A stretch of DNA of 60,968 nucleotides, the filler included. It is 5 parts of 5 records of this genome, joined end to end, with 100 filler letters (N's around TTAATTAATTAA, not from the genome) between each part and the next. Parts side by side here need not be neighbours in the genome. Positions count along the whole stretch, not along the records: positions 41,655 to 60,968 come from DRR723986_9061; 4 more parts are not named here. One strand, 5' to 3'. Positions 43,156 to 52,560 of the stretch are shown here, piece by piece. Positions within the stretch are counted from its first letter, which is position 1, and every line of letters begins with the position of its first letter. The translations under genes and the position numbers were made by a program. The notes under the pieces are model-generated. The model had not been told where the DNA came from. It worked only from the letters and a program-made list of their open reading frames with translations, and did no database searches.

Positions 43156-44117
43156 GCGGTTCTCATCCGGTGGCCCAGCAAACACAAGATTTCGGTGGCC
43201 ACATGGGCGCCCGCAATCGCAGTGGCGCCAGTGGTGTCAAAGGGCGGAGATACCTCAACAATATCGCCACCCATGATGTTGATCCCCGCAAGATCGCGCA
43301 GCATGATCGCCGCCTGCGCCGAGGTCAGACCGCCCCACACCGGCGTTCCAGTGCCGGGGGCAAAGGCCGGATCAAGCGCATCAATGTCAAATGTCAGATA
43401 GCACGGCCGGTCCCCCAAAACCGCTTTGATCTTTGCCACGGCGGCGGCAGGCCCCAGCTCATGCACCTCACGGGCGTCAATGGTTGTGACCCCCAAAGTG
43501 TCTGGATTGGTCGTGCGAATGCCCACCTGAACGGAGGTTTTCGGATCGACGATGCCCGACTTCACCGCCTTGTAGAACATCGTCCCATGATCAATCCGGT
43601 CCATGTCGTCATCCGGCCATGTATCCGAGTGAGCATCAAACTGTAACAGGCTGATAGGCCCGTATTTTTCAGCATAGGCCTTGAGGATCGGAAAGCTGAT
43701 GTAATGATCGCCGCCCAGCACAACGCTGGCCGCGCCGGCATCCAGAATACCCTTGATATGCGCGGTCAAAGCGGCTGGGAACTGGCTGACATGGCCATAA
43801 TCGAAGGCCAGATCACCATAGTCCGCGACGGCAAATTCGCTTAGCACGTCAAAGTCCCAGCCATAAGGCGGATCATAGGGTTGCAAGCTGGACGCCTCGC
43901 GGATCGCACGCGGGCCAAGGCGGGTGCCTGTGCGGTTGGTCACCGCCTGATCAAACGGGATGCCCGTCACGGCAATATCAACGCCTGTCAGATCCTTGGT
44001 GTAGCGCCGCCGCAAAAATGACGTCGCCCCGCCAAAGGCGTTCTCGAAACTTGGCCCCTTAAGATCATCACGGGTAAACGCCTGATCAACCTGGGTTTTT
44101 GCATCCTCCAGCGCCAT
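43152..44117 (-). CDS. speB: Agmatinase / ureohydrolase family (second paralog)
   Basis: GGDHYIS, DAHSD and DIDALDPAFAPGTGTP motifs. Confidence 0.88.
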   Translation of the reverse strand: MALEDAKTQVDQAFTRDDLKGPSFENAFGGATSFLRRRYTKDLTGVDIAVTGIPFDQAVTNRTGTRLGPRAIREASSLQPYDPPYGWDFDVLSEFAVADYGDLAFDYGHVSQFPAALTAHIKGILDAGAASVVLGGDHYISFPILKAYAEKYGPISLLQFDAHSDTWPDDDMDRIDHGTMFYKAVKSGIVDPKTSVQVGIRTTNPDTLGVTTIDAREVHELGPAAAVAKIKAVLGDRPCYLTFDIDALDPAFAPGTGTPVWGGLTSAQAAIMLRDLAGINIMGGDIVEVSPPFDTTGATAIAGAHVATEILCLLGHRMRTA

Positions 44118-44118
44118 G

Positions 44119-45288
44119 TTATTTCCCCGCGACAGGCTGTGCCCGCTCCACCAGACGCGCAAAGAAGGACGCGCCAATGGGGGCGATATCATCGTTGAAA
44201 TTGTACTTGGGATGGTGCACGCCCGCGCCCTCACCCTGCCCGAGCATCAGATAGGCACCGGGCCGTGCCTCAAGCATGTAGGAAAAATCCTCGGCGCCCA
44301 TCACCGGCGGAAAATCCGCCTCAACCCCGGCCTCACCGGCGACTTCGCCTGCCACATCCACCGCAAAGCCTGCCTTGCCCGGATCATTGACCGTGGGCGG
44401 ATAGCCAAATTCAAAATCCAGCTCTGCCTTGAGGTCAAAACTGGCCGCGTGACCGTCCACAATCGCCTGCATCCGGCGCACGACCATGGCCTGCACATCC
44501 TTGTCAAAGGTGCGCACAGTGCCGTTGATATAGACCTCTTCGGGGATCACATTGTCGGTGGTGCCAGTGTGAATTTGTGTTGTAGAAACAACCAATTGCT
44601 GACGTGGGTCAACGTTACGGCTGACGATGGTTTGCAAGCTTTGCACGATCGCGCAGGCCGCCACGACGGGATCAACACAATCATGCGGGCGGGCGCCATG
44701 GCCGCCCTTGCCTGTGAGGTTGATCGTAAAGGTATCCGCCGCCGCCATGATCGGCCCCGGCGTGGTGTGAAAGCGGCCAAACTCAAGCCCCGGTGCATTG
44801 TGCAATGCAAAGACCTGCTGAACGTTGAAACGGTCCATGACGCCCTCTTGCACCATAATCTCACCGCCGCCGCCAAACTCTTCGGCCGGTTGGAACATCA
44901 ACGCCACGCGCCCCGCAAAATTGCGGGTCTCCGCCAGATATTTCGCCGCCCCAAGCAGCATCGCCGTATGCCCATCATGTCCGCAGGCATGCATTTTTCC
45001 CTCATGGGTACTGGCGTAAGGCACACCGGTCTCTTCCGTGATCGGCAGCGCATCCATATCCGCGCGCAGGCCCATGGTTGGCCCATCGCCCTGCCCGTTG
45101 ATGATCGCCACGATGCCGGTTTTGGCGATTCCCTCGTGGATCTCATCGACCCCAAACTCGCGCAAACGCTCCGCCACAAAGGCAGCAGTCTGATGGCATT
45201 CCAACCCCAATTCAGGGATCGTGTGCAGATGTTGACGCCACTTGGCCATGTCAGCACTGAAATCGGCGATGCGGTTGACGACAGGCAT
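44119..45288 (-). CDS. M20D amidohydrolase (hippurate hydrolase-like)
   Basis: LRADMDALP, MHACGHDGH, QPAEE and GAEDF motifs. Confidence 0.92.
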   Translation of the reverse strand: MPVVNRIADFSADMAKWRQHLHTIPELGLECHQTAAFVAERLREFGVDEIHEGIAKTGIVAIINGQGDGPTMGLRADMDALPITEETGVPYASTHEGKMHACGHDGHTAMLLGAAKYLAETRNFAGRVALMFQPAEEFGGGGEIMVQEGVMDRFNVQQVFALHNAPGLEFGRFHTTPGPIMAAADTFTINLTGKGGHGARPHDCVDPVVAACAIVQSLQTIVSRNVDPRQQLVVSTTQIHTGTTDNVIPEEVYINGTVRTFDKDVQAMVVRRMQAIVDGHAASFDLKAELDFEFGYPPTVNDPGKAGFAVDVAGEVAGEAGVEADFPPVMGAEDFSYMLEARPGAYLMLGQGEGAGVHHPKYNFNDDIAPIGASFFARLVERAQPVAGK

Positions 45289-45352
45289 GGGGTGGACTCC
45301 TTGGTTCAGAATGGATCAGGCTGCATCTGACACCACCAAGGACAAAGCTGCA

Positions 45353-46171
45353 ATGCCCGACACCCTGATTAACGATCAATCCGCAGGTATCGAACGCCTG
45401 CTAGAGATCATGCGCCGCCTGCGTGACCCCGACACCGGATGCCCTTGGGACATCGAACAGGATTTTGACAGCATCGCCCCCTACACCATTGAAGAGGCTT
45501 ACGAAGTTGCCGATGCGATCCAGCGGCGCGACTGGCCGGAGCTTGAAGGTGAACTGGGTGATTTGCTCTTGCAGACGGTCTATCATACGGCGATGGGCGA
45601 AGAGGCCGGGCATTTTAGCTTTCAATCCGTGGTGCAGAACATCAGCGATAAAATGGTGGCGCGGCACCCGCATGTCTTTGGCGATGAATCGCGGGACAAA
45701 TCCGCCGAACAGCAGACCGTCGATTGGGAAGCGATCAAAGCGCAGGAACGTGCGGGAAAAGCGCAGAAAGGCGCTTTGGACGGGGTCGCGATTGGCCTTC
45801 CTGCCTTGCTGCGGGCTTATAAATTGCAAAAACGGGCAGCGCGGGTCGGGTTTGATTGGCCTGAAACCACCCAGGTGCTCGACAAGATCAAGGAAGAGGC
45901 TGCCGAGCTGGTTGAGGCGCAAAATGAGCTGACGCCAGATGAGATCGAAGAGGAATTTGGCGATCTGATGTTTGTGATGGCCAACCTTGGCCGTCACCTC
46001 AACCTTGACCCGGAGGCCGCCCTGCGCCGCGCCAATGCCAAGTTCACCAAACGCTTTGAAGGCGTTGAGGCAAAGCTGGCCGAACGGGGAAAAACCGCCG
46101 CTGAAAGCGATCTGGCCGAAATGGATGCCCTTTGGGACTTGGTCAAAAAGGAAGAACGGCCACAAACCTAA
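45353..46171 (+). CDS. mazG: Nucleoside triphosphate pyrophosphohydrolase
   Basis: GCPWD, EEAYEV, ELGDLLLQ, RHPHVF and VGFDW motifs. Confidence 0.95.
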   Translation: MPDTLINDQSAGIERLLEIMRRLRDPDTGCPWDIEQDFDSIAPYTIEEAYEVADAIQRRDWPELEGELGDLLLQTVYHTAMGEEAGHFSFQSVVQNISDKMVARHPHVFGDESRDKSAEQQTVDWEAIKAQERAGKAQKGALDGVAIGLPALLRAYKLQKRAARVGFDWPETTQVLDKIKEEAAELVEAQNELTPDEIEEEFGDLMFVMANLGRHLNLDPEAALRRANAKFTKRFEGVEAKLAERGKTAAESDLAEMDALWDLVKKEERPQT

Positions 46172-46272
46172 GACCGCTTTTCGCCGACACGCGGGAAGAG
46201 ATCACACCGCATCTTTCGCTTTGGCGGCAACTGCCTTATCCCTGACCTCTACGTTGTTACAAGGAACCGCCC

Positions 46273-47214
46273 ATGCCCGCCCGTAAGATCATCATCGACA
46301 CAGACCCCGGACAGGATGACGCTGTCGCGATCCTTCTGGCTCTGGCCAGCCCCGAAGACATGGAGCTTCTGGGCATTACCTGTGTGGCAGGCAATGTGCC
46401 GCTTGATCTGACCTCGAAGAACGCGCGGATCATCTGCGAATTGGCCGGGCGCAGCGATGTCAAAGTCTTTGCCGGTTGTGATCGTCCCCTTGGCCGCGAT
46501 CTGGTCACGGCGGAACATGTACATGGCAAAACCGGCCTCGATGGCCCCGCTCTTCCCGATCCGGTCATGCCTTTGCAAGACGGTCACGCGGTGGATTTCA
46601 TCATTGATCAACTGCGGGAATATGCCCCTGGCACGATCACATTGTGCCCGCTTGGCCCGCTCACCAACATCGCCACAGCCCTGCAAAAGGCCCCCGATAT
46701 CGCCAATCGCATCGCCAAGATCGTGTTGATGGGCGGCGGCTATTTCGAGGGGGGAAACATCACACCAGCGGCGGAATTCAACATTTACGTCGATCCGCAA
46801 GCGGCTGATATCGTGTTCAAATGTGGCGCTCCTATTGTGGTGATGCCGCTTGATGTCACCCATAAAGCATTGGTGACAAAACCGCGCAACGATGCCTTTC
46901 GCAATATCGGGACGCCTGTGGGCACTGCCGTGGCAGAAATGACCGATTTCTTTGAACGCTTCGACAAGGAAAAATACGGATCAGCCGGTGCGCCGCTGCA
47001 TGATCCCTGCGTCACCGCCTATCTGATCAACCCCGATTTGTTCACGGGCCGTCACATCAACGTCGAGATCGAAACCCAATCGGAATTGACCATGGGCATG
47101 ACCGTTGCCGACTGGTGGCGCGTGACGGATCGTCCGGCCAACGCGACATTCATGGGAGATATCGATGCGGATGGTTTCTTTGCGCTGCTGACCGACAGAT
47201 TGGCCCGGTTGTGA
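46273..47214 (+). CDS. Nucleoside hydrolase
   Basis: DTDPGQDDA, AEFNIYVDP and PLHDP motifs. Confidence 0.94.
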   Translation: MPARKIIIDTDPGQDDAVAILLALASPEDMELLGITCVAGNVPLDLTSKNARIICELAGRSDVKVFAGCDRPLGRDLVTAEHVHGKTGLDGPALPDPVMPLQDGHAVDFIIDQLREYAPGTITLCPLGPLTNIATALQKAPDIANRIAKIVLMGGGYFEGGNITPAAEFNIYVDPQAADIVFKCGAPIVVMPLDVTHKALVTKPRNDAFRNIGTPVGTAVAEMTDFFERFDKEKYGSAGAPLHDPCVTAYLINPDLFTGRHINVEIETQSELTMGMTVADWWRVTDRPANATFMGDIDADGFFALLTDRLARL

Positions 47215-47660
47215 GCGCCGCCCTCACCCTTGCCAAGCCGGAACATCTGGACAAGATCACCACGCTTGCTGCCGCGTTTCATGCCGAAGAAGGCATCGAA
47301 ATGTCGAATGAGGCCCGCCGCGCGGGTCTGGCCCCGTTGCTGGATGGTATCCCGCACGGCGCCGCCTATCTGATCGGGCCGCCACGCGCGCCAATTGGCT
47401 ATATCGTCGTTTGTTTCGGCTGGTCCGTGGAGTTTGGCGGTCTGGACGCCATCATTGACGAATTGTTCATCCGCCCCGGTGTGCGTGGACGCGGGATTGC
47501 CACTGAAACCTTGATGTCCCTGCCGCGCGCCTTGGCTGGCGCTGGTTTGCGGGCCATCCACCTTGAGGTCGACAGCGGCAATGAGGCCGCGGTGAAACTT
47601 TACAAACGGGCGGGATTTGTCACCCGCGACCGCTATATGTTCATGTCAAAGACACTGTGA
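47211..47660 (+). CDS. GNAT acetyltransferase
   Basis: RPGVRGRGIA and N..AVKLYKRAGF motifs; GTG start overlaps the upstream stop. Confidence 0.85.
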   Translation: MSAALTLAKPEHLDKITTLAAAFHAEEGIEMSNEARRAGLAPLLDGIPHGAAYLIGPPRAPIGYIVVCFGWSVEFGGLDAIIDELFIRPGVRGRGIATETLMSLPRALAGAGLRAIHLEVDSGNEAAVKLYKRAGFVTRDRYMFMSKTL

Positions 47661-47669
47661 AGGATCGCC

Positions 47670-49079
47670 ATGACCATCGCCTTTGACAACTCCTATGCCC
47701 AATTGCCAGACGCTTTCTTCACACGGCTGGCACCCACTGCAGTTAAATTACCTAAATTGCTGGCTTTTAACGATGATCTGGCCAAGGTGATGGGCATTGA
47801 CACAGGTGATCTGGCGGATTTGGCGCAAGTATTTGGCGGCAATCAAACGCCCAAAGGTGCCGCGCCCCTGGCGCAGCTTTATGCGGGGCATCAGTTTGGC
47901 AACTTCAATCCGCAATTGGGTGACGGACGTGCAATCCTGCTGGGCGAAGTGATCGGCAGCGACGGCATCCGCCGCGATATTCAACTCAAAGGCTCCGGCC
48001 AGACCCCCTATTCCCGCATGGGCGATGGCCGCGCCTGGCTGGGCCCGGTGCTGCGCGAATATGTGGTGAGCGAGGCCATGCATGCGCTCGGCATCCCCAC
48101 CACGCGGGCGCTCGCTGCTGTGTCCACCGGCGAAGACATCTGGCGCGAACAAGGTGCCCTGCCCGGCGCGGTTCTGACACGGGTCGCGCAAAGCCACCTG
48201 CGCGTCGGCACCTTTCAGGTTTTTGCCCATCGCGGCGAGGTGGATCATCTGCGCATCCTCACCAACTACGCGATTAAGCGGCATTATCCCGATGCCGCCG
48301 GCCCGATGGATCTGCTGCGCAAGGTTTGCGCCGCACAGGCCGCGTTGATCCCGGCATGGATGTCCGTTGGGTTCATTCACGGGGTGATGAACACCGACAA
48401 TTGCACCATCAGCGGCGAAACGATTGATTATGGGCCCTGCGCCTTTATGGATGGGTTTCATCAAAACCGGGTGTTCAGCTCCATTGATCAACAGGGGCGC
48501 TATGCCTTTGGCAATCAGCCCAACATCGCAGTCTGGAACATGGCACAGCTGGCCACCAGCCTGATCCAATTGTTTGAGAACAAAGACGCCGCCATCGAAG
48601 AGGCGACCGAGATCGTGCATGCCATGCCCACCCAAATTGAGGACCATTGGCTGAAACGCTTTGCCGCCAAGATCGGCATCTCCAAACCACAGCCCGAAGA
48701 CAGCGATCTGATTGATGGGCTGTTGGGACTGATGCAAAGTGATGGCGCAGATTTTGCAAACACCTTCAACTCACTTTGCAAACCAAGCGCCCGCGATCAA
48801 TTTGCAAACCGCGAAGCCTTTGATTCTTGGGCAGAAAATTGGCAGAACCGGATCAAAGATGAGCCGGACCCGCAGGCCAGAATGCAAACTGCAAACCCGC
48901 AGATTATCCCGCGCAATCACCGGATCGAACAGATGATCGAAGCCGCAGTTGCAGGTGATATGGCCCCGTTCCATCGCTTGATGACAGCGCTGGCCACACC
49001 CTTTGAAAACACCGATCCGGACCTGCAGCGCCCGCCAAGCCAAGAAGAGATCGTACCAGCCACGTTCTGCGGCACTTGA
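47670..49079 (+). CDS. selO: Protein adenylyltransferase SelO/YdiU
   Basis: YAGHQFG..LGDGR, QLKGSG.TPYSR.GDGR and HGVMNTDN motifs; TFCGT end. Confidence 0.94.
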   Translation: MTIAFDNSYAQLPDAFFTRLAPTAVKLPKLLAFNDDLAKVMGIDTGDLADLAQVFGGNQTPKGAAPLAQLYAGHQFGNFNPQLGDGRAILLGEVIGSDGIRRDIQLKGSGQTPYSRMGDGRAWLGPVLREYVVSEAMHALGIPTTRALAAVSTGEDIWREQGALPGAVLTRVAQSHLRVGTFQVFAHRGEVDHLRILTNYAIKRHYPDAAGPMDLLRKVCAAQAALIPAWMSVGFIHGVMNTDNCTISGETIDYGPCAFMDGFHQNRVFSSIDQQGRYAFGNQPNIAVWNMAQLATSLIQLFENKDAAIEEATEIVHAMPTQIEDHWLKRFAAKIGISKPQPEDSDLIDGLLGLMQSDGADFANTFNSLCKPSARDQFANREAFDSWAENWQNRIKDEPDPQARMQTANPQIIPRNHRIEQMIEAAVAGDMAPFHRLMTALATPFENTDPDLQRPPSQEEIVPATFCGT

Positions 49080-49100
49080 TCTTCATTTGGCCAAAAAAAC

Positions 49101-49997
49101 TCAAGTGCCAGGGCGGCGTCCGGGCTTGCGGTTGATCAGGTAAATCCCCGCTGCCACCAACGCCAATGCGGCCCAGATCGACAGCGCCACCTCTTCGGAC
49201 AGGATCAACCAGCCGCAGAGCACCGAAAACACCGGCGACAGGAAACTGAACGAGGCGACAGAAGATGCCGGATAGATCGTCATCAGCCAGAACCAGATCA
49301 GATAGCCGAAACTGGCCACCGCGAGGATTTGGAACAACAGACCCGCAATATGGATCGGTTCCACTTCGCGCATGAGCGGGCCAAAAAGCGGCGCAATCAA
49401 AAGCAGGATCGGCGCGGACACTGCCACCTGGCAAATCAGCTGTTGTGCGGGCGGCACCTCGCTGAGCGGGGTGAGGCGCACACACAGAACAATCCCCGCC
49501 CAGCACAGCGCCGCCAGCAGCGACAAAAGATCCCCCGTCCAACTGGCCGCACCGCTGTCTCGGTCCAGCAGTGCCAAGGCCACTCCGGCCATCGCCAGCG
49601 CCAGGCCGACCCCGCGCCCCGTCGTCAGCCGCTCACCGGGCAACAGAAAATGCGCCATCAGCGCCAGCCAGACCGGCATTGAATAAAAGATCACGGAAAC
49701 CCGGCTGACCGTGGACAGGTCCAGCGCGGTGAAGGCACTGGTGAATTCCAGCGCAAAGAGCAGCCCCGACAAAAGACCGCCGACCCAGGCCCGCCGCGGC
49801 AGGCCGATACGCAAATCGCGCAGATACATCCAGACCAGCAGCACCAGCACCGCCCCTGCCGAGCGCAGGCCAGCGGAAAAGACGGGGCTGAACCCGCCCG
49901 ATGTCACTTTGATCACCACCTGGTTAAAACCAAGATGAAAGGCAAAAGCTGTCAGCGCCACAGCGCCGATGAGATCCATATGTGATTTGCGGTCCAT
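49101..49997 (-). CDS. DMT/EamA family transporter
   Basis: About 10 TM segments in two EamA-like halves (LLPGERL, LILSEEV). Confidence 0.85.
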   Translation of the reverse strand: MDRKSHMDLIGAVALTAFAFHLGFNQVVIKVTSGGFSPVFSAGLRSAGAVLVLLVWMYLRDLRIGLPRRAWVGGLLSGLLFALEFTSAFTALDLSTVSRVSVIFYSMPVWLALMAHFLLPGERLTTGRGVGLALAMAGVALALLDRDSGAASWTGDLLSLLAALCWAGIVLCVRLTPLSEVPPAQQLICQVAVSAPILLLIAPLFGPLMREVEPIHIAGLLFQILAVASFGYLIWFWLMTIYPASSVASFSFLSPVFSVLCGWLILSEEVALSIWAALALVAAGIYLINRKPGRRPGT

Positions 49998-50144
49998 CGG
50001 GCCAGAAACGGGCAGCAGCGCGGTGAAGTCAATGTGCAAACGCCCGCCCGTGCCGCAACCTGGCGGAATTTCCCCTCGCATCAGGCGTCAGATGTGCCAC
50101 AGTCCGTGCAAACCAAAACGGGAGATCTGCACATGAGTTTGATG

Positions 50145-50227
50145 ATAATGCCGAGGTTTGGATTATGCCGACCTGATAAAAACAGTCCCACGAAGCTTGG
50201 CAGATGCCCTGCATACGCGCGGCATAG
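50145..50227 (+). repeat. RIT left end: inverted repeat and box array
   Basis: ATAATGCCGAGGTTTGGATTATGCCG (50145-50170), plus an inward-facing box CGGCATAG at 50220-50227. Confidence 0.9.
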
Positions 50228-50253
50228 TCAAGGATGCTCAGCGAGGCGAAAGA

Positions 50254-50748
50254 TCAGGCTTCGTTAGGATCAGGCCCAAGCAACGCTATGAATTCCGAGA
50301 ACGTGTTTGCGACTGGATGGAGGAACAAAGCCTCTTCGTAGTCGTCCTCGTCTTGAAAGCCTGCGTCGTTTACCTTTAGCGTCTCGTTTGCGGGGCGCGC
50401 CAAGATGTAAATTCTGCCATGCATTGGGCCTTCCCGAAGATCCATGTAAATGCCTTGCGAGCCTGTGTAGGCGATCTGAAGCAGTTGCGCATGGATGGAT
50501 TCCGAAAAATTGTTGTAAGGATCGTCTTCGATGGAGTTCAAAGGATTACTGGTAAGACCATAAATTTCCTCAATGCTCAGTAAGATAAGGCCTTGCACCT
50601 CGAAAAAGGCATTGGAATCTGCAGGGCGACCACCGTTGTATTTTAGAAGAAACGCTCTGTAGTCCGCGGGTAAATTCACGGTTCTGACTGCCTCAAATCC
50701 ATCGATCTTTGCCTCATCAATTGGTTCATTCTGCCTCTCGAAGATCAT
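50254..50748 (-). CDS. SMI1/KNR4 family immunity protein
   Basis: LPADYRAFLLKYNGG and VANTFSEFI motifs; ATGA-coupled to the toxin stop. Confidence 0.88.
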   Translation of the reverse strand: MIFERQNEPIDEAKIDGFEAVRTVNLPADYRAFLLKYNGGRPADSNAFFEVQGLILLSIEEIYGLTSNPLNSIEDDPYNNFSESIHAQLLQIAYTGSQGIYMDLREGPMHGRIYILARPANETLKVNDAGFQDEDDYEEALFLHPVANTFSEFIALLGPDPNEA

Positions 50749-52448
50749 TGATTTCTCGCTCTGGATGCGCCGCCTTGGTGGAAGAAGTCACGGTTTACTA
50801 CTCTGGGGACAAGCTGCATCGTACGTGCATCTTCAACATGGTGCCAAACCCAGTCTTCCGGTGCGTCGCGTCCCCATTCCGGCTTTCCAGCGGCTATATT
50901 TGCGCGACGGTTGTCGATGCGGCCATTCCCAGAAACATCAATCTCAACGGACCGCACACCACTTGGATGGGTCATGAACGGACGGAAATCGGGGTATCCG
51001 TCCGGGTATTCGACGGAAACCCGTTGCGGCTGTCCCATAATGTCGATGTCCGCCGAGTAGCGGAAATGGCCCTCTGGCATCAGTTCAACTGTGCCACCCC
51101 GGTTGATCCACTTCTCGAACTTGGGCGAGTACGGGCCAGCATTGGTCACACCTTCGAAGTCCGGATCGGTTCTAAGCCGGTCGAGTGTGAGTTCTTCGGG
51201 TGCTGATAGCCCCTCGGCGCGGCGCCGAACGCGACCAAGGGCGGCAACACCGGCCAGGACTTCCGGCAACCCATAACCCAAAGCGCCTGCATAATCGCCT
51301 ACAGCGATCCTATCACGGAACGGCTCCACCATCGCTTCGGGCAAAGAAGATGGATCGGCATAGATAGCCTCAGCAACGCGACGCAGGTCATCCAGACGTA
51401 TGTCCGGAATACTTCGTATCGCTTCAGCGATATCCACCAGCGATGTGGCGGTGCCCCCGACGAACCGGTCAATTGGGCTGCGGACTTGGGTGAGTGCCTG
51501 ATCGATAAGTTCATTTGACGCTCCGGCAGTTGCCAGAGTGGCTGCCGCCGCCAGGGCGTCCGGGTTTGATATCCCGAAGACGGATGCGAGACGTTCCAGT
51601 CCGTCGCCGCGGCGCTCCAGAAGATTGAGGAAGGCGTCAGGGTTGTCTTTGATGGCGTCTCCAAGCTGATGGAACGCTTTGGCCAAGTCGCCTTGCGTCT
51701 GAACGTCGAGCATCTCGCCGTCAATCGTGATGCCGGGCTCTGGATAGAAACCATCGCGTAGCCGTTCAACAAACGTCTGCGGCCGGACGCCGGTGCCAGC
51801 GGTAAAATCGTCTCCGAGATCACTCAGGAACCTGTCAAGCAAACCAATGGGTCCCAGCAGGCCAATGTCGGCACCGGGCGGCACAGGGCGCGCGGAACAA
51901 CGACAGTTTGACGCCTCGCCAGGCTTCTCGTCATTCGAGTCCCATCGATACACGGCACCGTTGCGAGCAGAATGCGAGGCCCGGACTTTCTCATCGCCTA
52001 CGGTTTGCCAAACGTACTGTTCAATGCCGAGGTCACGTTGCCTGATCTCATTGATCAGACCAGCAAAGCTCCGCAGCAGTCGCTCTTCCATGGCTTGCCG
52101 GACTGGTCGTAGCCTTTGAGGATGCGTGTTCCATTCGGCCCAGATTGCGGAAAGCCTTTGGTCCCACTGGCTGAGGGTCTCATTGACGGCACCAGAGATG
52201 CCGGGCAGGTCTTGTTCTTCCAAGGGCGGGTCATAGGCGTCCGCCAATGCGTCCAGCAGCATGTCGGCATTGTCGCGGCCGATGGAATCAAGCTGGTCTT
52301 CAAAATTGCGACGTAGTGCGCTGTAGTCTGGGAAGCTATTTTTAACAGACCAGTTAACCCGTCGCCCGAGAACCCGCCCGTCGGACTTCCGAAGCAGAAA
52401 CTCGCCTTCTCCGCCGGTGCGGATAGAGTCTGAAAATGATTGATGCAT
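50745..52448 (-). CDS. MuF (phage Mu F / SPP1 gp7 head morphogenesis) domain polymorphic toxin with C-terminal WHH (HNH/EndoVII) nuclease
   Basis: YVWQTVGDEKVRASH...PGEASNCRC (MuF); GYPDF...WVWHHVED..MQLVP..N..FFHQGG (WHH nuclease). Confidence 0.87.
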   Translation of the reverse strand: MHQSFSDSIRTGGEGEFLLRKSDGRVLGRRVNWSVKNSFPDYSALRRNFEDQLDSIGRDNADMLLDALADAYDPPLEEQDLPGISGAVNETLSQWDQRLSAIWAEWNTHPQRLRPVRQAMEERLLRSFAGLINEIRQRDLGIEQYVWQTVGDEKVRASHSARNGAVYRWDSNDEKPGEASNCRCSARPVPPGADIGLLGPIGLLDRFLSDLGDDFTAGTGVRPQTFVERLRDGFYPEPGITIDGEMLDVQTQGDLAKAFHQLGDAIKDNPDAFLNLLERRGDGLERLASVFGISNPDALAAAATLATAGASNELIDQALTQVRSPIDRFVGGTATSLVDIAEAIRSIPDIRLDDLRRVAEAIYADPSSLPEAMVEPFRDRIAVGDYAGALGYGLPEVLAGVAALGRVRRRAEGLSAPEELTLDRLRTDPDFEGVTNAGPYSPKFEKWINRGGTVELMPEGHFRYSADIDIMGQPQRVSVEYPDGYPDFRPFMTHPSGVRSVEIDVSGNGRIDNRRANIAAGKPEWGRDAPEDWVWHHVEDARTMQLVPRVVNRDFFHQGGASRARNQ

Positions 52449-52560
52449 GCAAGACGCCCGGAACTAGGTTGGGCGTCAATGTCTCAAGATTTGGTTAACA
52501 GGCTGTAACCAATGCGTTCTCTGGTCACACTGCCTCTTCGTTGAAACGAAGGAGGTCAAA

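Noticed and set aside
44116-45330. 404-aa plus-strand ORF (similarly 35996-37195, 47748-48737, 56713-57837)
   Set aside because: Shadow or alternate-frame ORFs overlapping well-supported genes in GC-rich DNA.
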